From the NCBI GenBank assembly GCA_048983575.1, contig JBLZTD010000001.1, forward strand, positions 2,562,005-2,594,004: DNA of 32,000 nucleotides, written 5' to 3'. Source of the DNA: Thalassobaculum sp. GTDB lineage: Bacteria; Pseudomonadota; Alphaproteobacteria; Thalassobaculales; Thalassobaculaceae. A model generated the notes under the pieces. That model worked only from the letters and a program-made list of their open reading frames with translations, made no database searches and was not told the DNA's origin. Below, piece after piece: positions 27,238 through 32,000 of the stretch. Position 1 is the first letter of the stretch. Each line of letters starts with the position of its first letter. The translations under genes were made by a program, and so were the position numbers.

Positions 27238-28609
27238 TCAGATTTCATAGGCGCTGTGCGGGCCCGGCAACTCGACCCGGGTGTCGGCCAGCGCCTTGGC
27301 CAGCGGCTTGCGGCTCCGGTCCTCGCCGTAAATCAGGAAGGTGCGGGACGGCTTGCCGGTGCGGCCGTGCCAGTCGATCAGGTCGGCCTTGCCGGCATGG
27401 GCCGAAAAGCCGTTGATCGTATGGATCTTGGCCCGGACCGGGATCTCGTCGCCGAACAGCTTCACCGACTTCGCCCCGTCGATGATGATGCGGGCCAGCG
27501 TGCCCTCCGCAGCGAATCCGACGAAGATCACACTGCAATCCGTGTGCCCGAGGTTGTAGCGCAGATGATGCCGGATCCGGCCGCCGGTGCACATGCCTGA
27601 CCCGGCGATGATGAGCGCGCCCGACCGGATGCGGTTCAGCGCCATCGAACTCCGACGCTTCTCGGGTGAAATGGACGCCCGGCAGCCTGAACGGATCCGT
27701 GTCATCATGCAGAAGCGCAGCGATCTCGGGCTTCATGGCGTCGGGGTGTCGCGCGAACAGCCGCGTCGCGGAAATCGCCATCGGCAAGTCGAGGAAGACG
27801 TTCAGGTTTGCCGGCAACCGGCCCGTCAGCCTGCCCTCGCGCAGGTAGAACAGGAGCTCCTGGGCCCGCTCGAGCGCGAAGGTCGGGATCAGCACGTTGC
27901 CGCCCCGGCTGTCGGCTTCGGTCACGGCATCGAGAAACTCGGTCACCGACGCTTCCAGCGACCGGTGATCGCGATCGCCGTAGGTGCTCTCCATGACGAC
28001 GATGTCCGCGTCCGAAGGCGGGGAGGGCGGGTTCAGCAGCGGGCGCTCCCGCGGACCGATATCGCCGGAGAAGAGCAGTCGTGTCTTCTTGCCGCGCTCA
28101 GTCACATCGATGGCGATGCTGGCCGATCCGAGAATGTGGCCGGCATCGTAGAACGTGGCTGTAAGGTCGGGGCCGAGCTCCATCGGTTGGCCGTAAGCGG
28201 CCTTTCGACCGAACCTGTCGAGACTGGAGAGCGCGTCGAGGGTGTCGTAGAGCGGACCGTCGCGCCCACCCTTGCGGCGGCGCCAGCGGGCTTCCTCCTC
28301 ATGCAGGTGGGCGGAATCGAGCAGCACAAGCCGGGTGAGGTCCCGTGTCGCCGGCGTGCAGATGATTTCGCCTTCGAACCCGCGTTTCGCCAGCAGCGGA
28401 ATCCGGCCGCAATGGTCGAGGTGAGCGTGGGTGAGAAGCAGTGTGTCGATCGACGCCGGGTCGAAACCGAACGCTTCGGCGTTCTCCTCGGTCAGCTCGT
28501 GCCCGCCCTGGAACATGCCGCAGTCGACGAGAATGTTGCGGCCATTTGCGGACAGCAGGTGGCAGGATCCGGTGACCCCGCCCGCGGCGCCGTGGAATGA
28601 CAGCTTCAC
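27238..28609 (-). pseudogene. MBL-fold beta-CASP family (RNA-metabolising metallo-beta-lactamase-like) protein, one frame disruption
   Basis: GTG start at 28609 with AAGGAG upstream. It has the HAHLDHCG motif. After ...VHFTREASE the sequence continues as SMALNRIRSGALIIAGSGMCTGGRIRHHL... in the frame of ORF 27238..27708. The jump is at about 27648. The 1372-nt span minus 1 nt gives 457 codons. Confidence 0.8.
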
Positions 28610-28628
28610 GCCAGTCTCCTTTTCAATC

Positions 28629-29583
28629 CTAGTCGATCAACCTAACACCGGCGCGTTCGTACCAGCGCAGGATATCTCCCCATATCTCCTCGGCGGTCTC
28701 GGCGTACCAGAACAGGTCGCGGTCCTCCTGATCGATGACCCCTTCCTCGACGAGGAAGTCCGGGTCGAACGCCCGTTTCCAATAGTCCTTTCCGACCAGG
28801 ATCACCGGGACAGGTGCGATCTTCCGCGTCTAAATCAGGGTCAGGGTCTCGAACAGTTCGTCCATCGTCCCGAAACCGCCCGGAAAGACGACCAGCGCCC
28901 GCGCGCGCAGGAGGAAGTGCATCTTGCGTATGGCGAAATAGTGGAACCGGAAACACAGTCCGGGCGTGAGGTAGGGGTTGGGATACTGCTCATGCGGCAG
29001 GGTGATGTTGAGACCGACCGTCTTCGCCCCGACATCGTGGGCGCCCCGATTGGCCGCCTCCATCAGGCCGGGACCGCCGCCGGTGACCACGACGAGCCTT
29101 CTGTCGGCGCGGTTCTCCGCCTTGCCGACCAGCCGACCGAAATCCCGGGCGACGTCGTAGTAGTGGCTCTTGGCCAGGATCCGGCGGGCGATCCGGAGTG
29201 CCCGCTCGGTCTCCGCGTTGCCGGGGGATTCGGCCAGCGCGGTTTCCAGTTCCTCCACCCGTCGCCGCGCATGGCCGGGCTCGGTCACCCGCGTGCTGCC
29301 GAAGACGACGATCGTATGGGCGATGCCATGCGCCTTTAGCAATTCGTCGGCTTTCAGGAAATCGAGTTGGAGGCGCAGTCCGCGGGTCGAAGTCCTCCTG
29401 CAGGAAGTCCATGTCTCGATCGGCCTCACGATACTCCGGACTCCGCACGATCGCCGTCACCAGACCGCTGGCGCTCGGATCGTCAAGGTCCGGCTTCGGA
29501 GAATCCCACGGGAGGGCCGATCTGCGCGCGACCGGATGGGCCGGTTCCGGCATGGCGTCGTCGGGGGCCGTTTCGGGTTCCAT
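28629..29583 (-). pseudogene. LOG-family (TIGR00730, lysine-decarboxylase-like) protein, one frame disruption plus one in-frame TAG
   Basis: ATG at 29583 with AGAGGAGG upstream. Motifs are GGGPGLMEA and PGGFGTMDE. There is a frame jump at about 29385 (DFLQEDFD / [16 protein letters not shown]). The TAG at 28830-28832 interrupts ETLTLI*TRKIAPVPVILVG, after which the same frame stays open to 28629. Confidence 0.8.
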
Positions 29584-29798
29584 GACAGCCTGCCTCCTCT
29601 CAGCCGTTGCCGGCCGGGCAATGACGGAGCAATTCATCAGAGTATTGGCTTCGTCCAGCCCATGCCCCGATGGCACGATATCCTTCGCCGTCACCGGCGA
29701 CCAGACAGCACGGCCGGGCGAGCTGCGGTGCGGAGATGGTGACGGGTGCCGACGCGTCTGCCGGAACTCACCCGGAGCTACGGATCATTCTAGCGGGC

Positions 29799-30797
29799 TT
29801 ACAAAAGCCCGTCGAAACCACTATCGACCGGTGATCCGATGAGACTGAGCGCGACCGGGATTCCGACAATCCGGTCACCCTCCGTCGGGTCGAAATCCAT
29901 AATGATGTCCGCTGGATCAACCAGGAACAGGTCGGCGCCGTCTCCGCCGAAGAGCGTGTCGGCACCGAGGTTGCCGATCAGAACATCGTCTCCGGTCCCG
30001 CCGAAGAGCACATCATCGTCCTGTCCGCCATAAAGCGTATCAGCGCCGTCTCCGCCGGAGAGGCTGTCGGCGCCACGGTTCCCGTAAATCAGGTCGTCCT
30101 CAGCTCCGCCGGTCGCCATATCGTCGGATTGACCACCCAGGAGCGTGTCGTTGCCAGCGCCACCGGACAGGTCATCGGATCCCTGGTTCCCGTAGACGAG
30201 GTCATTTCCGCCTTCGCCGTGGATCGTATCGTCTCCGGCGCCACCCAGGACTCGCCCGCCCCCGTCGCCATGCAGGATCGTGTTGCTCTGCGGCGAGGGG
30301 CCGTAGGCGGCCTGAAAGGCTTCTATATCCTCGCTGCCGAGTCGGCGTGCCCTGCTGCCCACGTAGGAGTAAATCGTGTCCCCGGGAGAGGCTGCCGGGT
30401 GGTCAACGAAGCCGAAGGCATGACCGACTTCGTGCGCGGCGACCCGGGCCGGATCGAAACTCGGGATCAGGGACGCATCCAAACCTACATACGCCTTCCG
30501 TCCGATGACGTCTCCTGAGGTATCGTCTGTGATCACAATGGCCAGCCCGGCATAGTCGGCGGTCATATCGAACGCCAGTTTCAACTCTTCGAGCATGACG
30601 AAGACGATATCGGAATCCGTTCCAGGCGCGACCTCATTAAATCCGATATCGCCGACGCTTTCCCATAACGCCAGACCGGCACGGATCTCTGCGGGATCGT
30701 AATTCACGTTCTGATTGATTGAATACGAAAGCGTATTCCCGGCCCAATAAATAGGGTTTGCCAGCATTGCAGATCGTCCTCGCCAGGGGCGGCGCAT
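29799..30797 (-). CDS. Secreted zinc metalloprotease-like protein with C-terminal RTX (GGxGxD) calcium-binding repeats
   Basis: 332-aa ORF with GAGGAGG 6 nt upstream of the ATG at 30797. It carries the zinc motif HEVGHAFGFVDH and 12 consecutive nonapeptide RTX repeats. It has no N-terminal signal peptide, which is consistent with type I secretion. Confidence 0.85.
   Translation of the reverse strand: MRRPWRGRSAMLANPIYWAGNTLSYSINQNVNYDPAEIRAGLALWESVGDIGFNEVAPGTDSDIVFVMLEELKLAFDMTADYAGLAIVITDDTSGDVIGRKAYVGLDASLIPSFDPARVAAHEVGHAFGFVDHPAASPGDTIYSYVGSRARRLGSEDIEAFQAAYGPSPQSNTILHGDGGGRVLGGAGDDTIHGEGGNDLVYGNQGSDDLSGGAGNDTLLGGQSDDMATGGAEDDLIYGNRGADSLSGGDGADTLYGGQDDDVLFGGTGDDVLIGNLGADTLFGGDGADLFLVDPADIIMDFDPTEGDRIVGIPVALSLIGSPVDSGFDGLL
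29922..30245 (-). repeat. 12 tandem 27-nt coding repeats (RTX nonapeptides GGxGxDxLx)
   Basis: Residues 185-292 of the protease ORF parse as 12 x 9 aa: GGAGDDTIH, GEGGNDLVY, GNQGSDDLS, ... GGDGADLFL. Confidence 0.85.
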
Positions 30798-30886
30798 CGT
30801 GGAGCGCCTCCTCAGTTCCAGCGGGCAATCTGCCGGGTACTTTTTCAGATACCGTTAAATTATATAGTAAATTTTATATTTATAAT

Positions 30887-30909
30887 CCGATAGTGATAGC
30901 TACTATCGG
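30887..30909. repeat. Perfect 8-bp inverted repeat CCGATAGT-N7-ACTATCGG
   Basis: Read directly. It lies in the AT-rich region upstream of the protease gene. Its function is unknown (protein-binding site or RNA hairpin). Confidence 0.4.
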
Positions 30910-30946
30910 CTGCTGTGATGTTTCCGGTTGTGTGTGCGCATGAAAC

Positions 30947-30970
30947 GGGGCGTCCCGAATGGGACACCCC
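30947..30970 (-). terminator. GC-rich hairpin (10-bp stem with one mismatch, GAAT loop); possible terminator of the 31091..31927 gene
   Basis: ggggcgtccc-gaat-gggacacccc. On the minus-strand RNA the stem is followed by GUUUCAUG, which is only a weak U-tract. It lies about 120 nt downstream of the ORF stop. Confidence 0.3.
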
Positions 30971-31090
30971 TGAATTGAAAAATCAGTGACGAGTTATTTG
31001 CAACGCTGTCGATTGAAGGCCAGTCCGCCGGGTAAAAATCCTGGAAGAGCGGGCGTGGAAATACAAATTATTTTCCCAGCCGAAGTGATT

Positions 31091-31927
31091 TTATGAGGGG
31101 TAAGGCAGTTTTGAAAAATATGTTTCAAAACGCGATAGTATTTTTTCCTGTCTATTGGAATTAAAAGATAAAATATCAATAATATTAAATATATTTATGT
31201 TTATATTATTTATTTCGTGTTTGACTGACCAGTAAATTAATACGTGTGATCCGGATCTATTTGTCACCGGATGGCGGTGCAGTTTGGTGGCGTTACTTTT
31301 TTTACTCTGGGAAATCCGAAGTTGTGGGTTGAAAAAAGGAAATCCTTTATGTTGCTGGGGTAAATAATCGTAGAGCCCAAGATCCGAAATGAAAAGCTGT
31401 GACATCTCGATGCGTGAGGGAAGCGGCTCAAAGATAAAATATGAGAACCGTCTCTTTCTTAAGTTGTACAGAAAGCTTTCTATGTCTTCTGAGGTCTGGT
31501 AGATTTTCTTCAATTCCTTGACGTCAACGACTATATTGCTGGAATCCGGAAGCTCAATGCAGTCGGGTAGAACGAAATTACAGTCCTGTTCAAACTCATC
31601 TGTCCAGTCCGATGGTAGAGAACTCGCGATCTTCGTGAGCAATCTTGCTGTTGGCGACCAGTCGTCGGAAAGAACGCGGTGAGTCTGACTGGTCGAAACG
31701 TTCGCCTGTAAGGCAAGTTTGTATGGAGATATGCCGTTTTCTTCGATCCAAAATCTCGCCATTTCCCGCATCCGGAAAATCTCAAGTTCTAGCTGATAGA
31801 CTGACTTGGGTAGATAAAACAGGGCGGATTCCTCCGCTGGAATAGTCAGTTTATGAGTGGTTGATTGATGATCTGAGCAATGGGCTCTATAGGTTGTTTC
31901 TGTGCATAAAGTCGAATTTATCGTCAT
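31091..31927 (-). CDS. Hypothetical protein with XRE-like helix-turn-helix region and uncharacterised C-terminal domain (AT-rich orphan gene)
   Basis: An 837-nt open frame in AT-rich DNA, where stop codons should be frequent. AGGGGGA lies upstream of the ATG at 31927. Residues of about 55-105 (ARFWIEENGISPYKLALQANVSTSQTHRVLSDDWSPTARLLTKIASSL) look like an HTH_3/XRE motif. I do not recognise the rest. Confidence 0.6.
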   Translation of the reverse strand: MTINSTLCTETTYRAHCSDHQSTTHKLTIPAEESALFYLPKSVYQLELEIFRMREMARFWIEENGISPYKLALQANVSTSQTHRVLSDDWSPTARLLTKIASSLPSDWTDEFEQDCNFVLPDCIELPDSSNIVVDVKELKKIYQTSEDIESFLYNLRKRRFSYFIFEPLPSRIEMSQLFISDLGLYDYLPQQHKGFPFFNPQLRISQSKKSNATKLHRHPVTNRSGSHVLIYWSVKHEINNININIFNIIDILSFNSNRQEKILSRFETYFSKLPYPS

Positions 31928-32000
31928 GGAATAGTCCCCCTAGTCCGGCGCATAAAGTGCCCCTACAAGTGGAAATAACAACAGGCTTTCAATTTTCCAA

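Larger units (their letters stand above)
30838..32000. other. AT-rich compositional island, continuing past the window end (putative horizontally acquired DNA)
   Basis: There is a visible switch from very GC-rich sequence to AT-rich sequence (runs such as ttaaattatatagtaaattttatatttataat and aatatcaataatattaaatatatttatgtttatattatttattt). GC content was judged by eye, not computed. Confidence 0.6.

Noticed and set aside
29794-29811. Hairpin CGGGCTT-acaa-AAGCCCG overlapping the protease stop codon, considered as an intrinsic terminator
   Set aside because: The stem is short (7 bp). On the minus-strand RNA it is followed by CUAGAAUGAU rather than a U-tract. It also overlaps coding sequence, so it is too weak to annotate.
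29922-30245. 27-nt periodic repeats, considered as a CRISPR array or non-coding tandem repeat
   Set aside because: The periodicity is the RTX nonapeptide (GGxGxDxLx) of an intact ORF. There are no spacer-like unique segments and no cas genes.

Overview
GC-rich (alphaproteobacterium-like) chromosomal window, gene-dense, ending in an abrupt AT-rich segment. The family calls below come from motifs I recognise by eye. No database search or alignment was run.

Content from left to right:
- (1) A DVR/BciA-like NAD(P)H reductase (204-1208).
- (2) A two-gene DabB/DabA (DAB) inorganic-carbon pump (1325-5429).
- (3) A small accessory block at 5.4-8.4 kb: a TetR regulator divergent from an AhpD-like CxxC protein with a duplicated 17-bp operator, a DUF1348 protein, and a Tat-exported isochorismatase-like hydrolase.
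- (4) A ten-gene minus-strand sulfur cluster (8450-16724). In transcription order it encodes Crp/Fnr regulator, DUF2892, periplasmic DsrE-like protein, periplasmic rhodanese, 1-Cys peroxiredoxin, YeeE, DUF6691, persulfide-dioxygenase-like MBL, DUF442-SQR fusion and SulP-STAS. Two near-identical palindromic operator candidates lie within it.
- (5) A minus-strand [NiFe]-hydrogenase region (17102-27108). It has group-3b (sulfhydrogenase-type) beta/gamma/small/large subunits, an extra cNMP-binding-domain protein encoded between beta and gamma, an endopeptidase, and hypA(short)-hypF-hypC-hypD-hypE. No hypB is present.
- (6) A beta-CASP MBL RNase-like gene, a LOG-family gene and an RTX metzincin-like protease.
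- (7) An AT-rich segment from about 30.84 kb to the window end, carrying one orphan XRE-HTH-like ORF.

The most conspicuous technical or biological anomaly is that eight otherwise recognisable genes between 8.7 and 29.6 kb carry 15 frame disruptions plus one in-frame TAG. Fourteen of the 15 read as single extra bases. The 8.4 kb on the left and the large hyp and hydrogenase genes are intact.

The candidates I consider most worth follow-up are:
- the DAB pair in a non-carboxysomal context;
- the Crp/Fnr-associated sulfur cluster with its shared palindrome;
- the cNMP-domain protein embedded in the hydrogenase operon;
- the AT-rich island.
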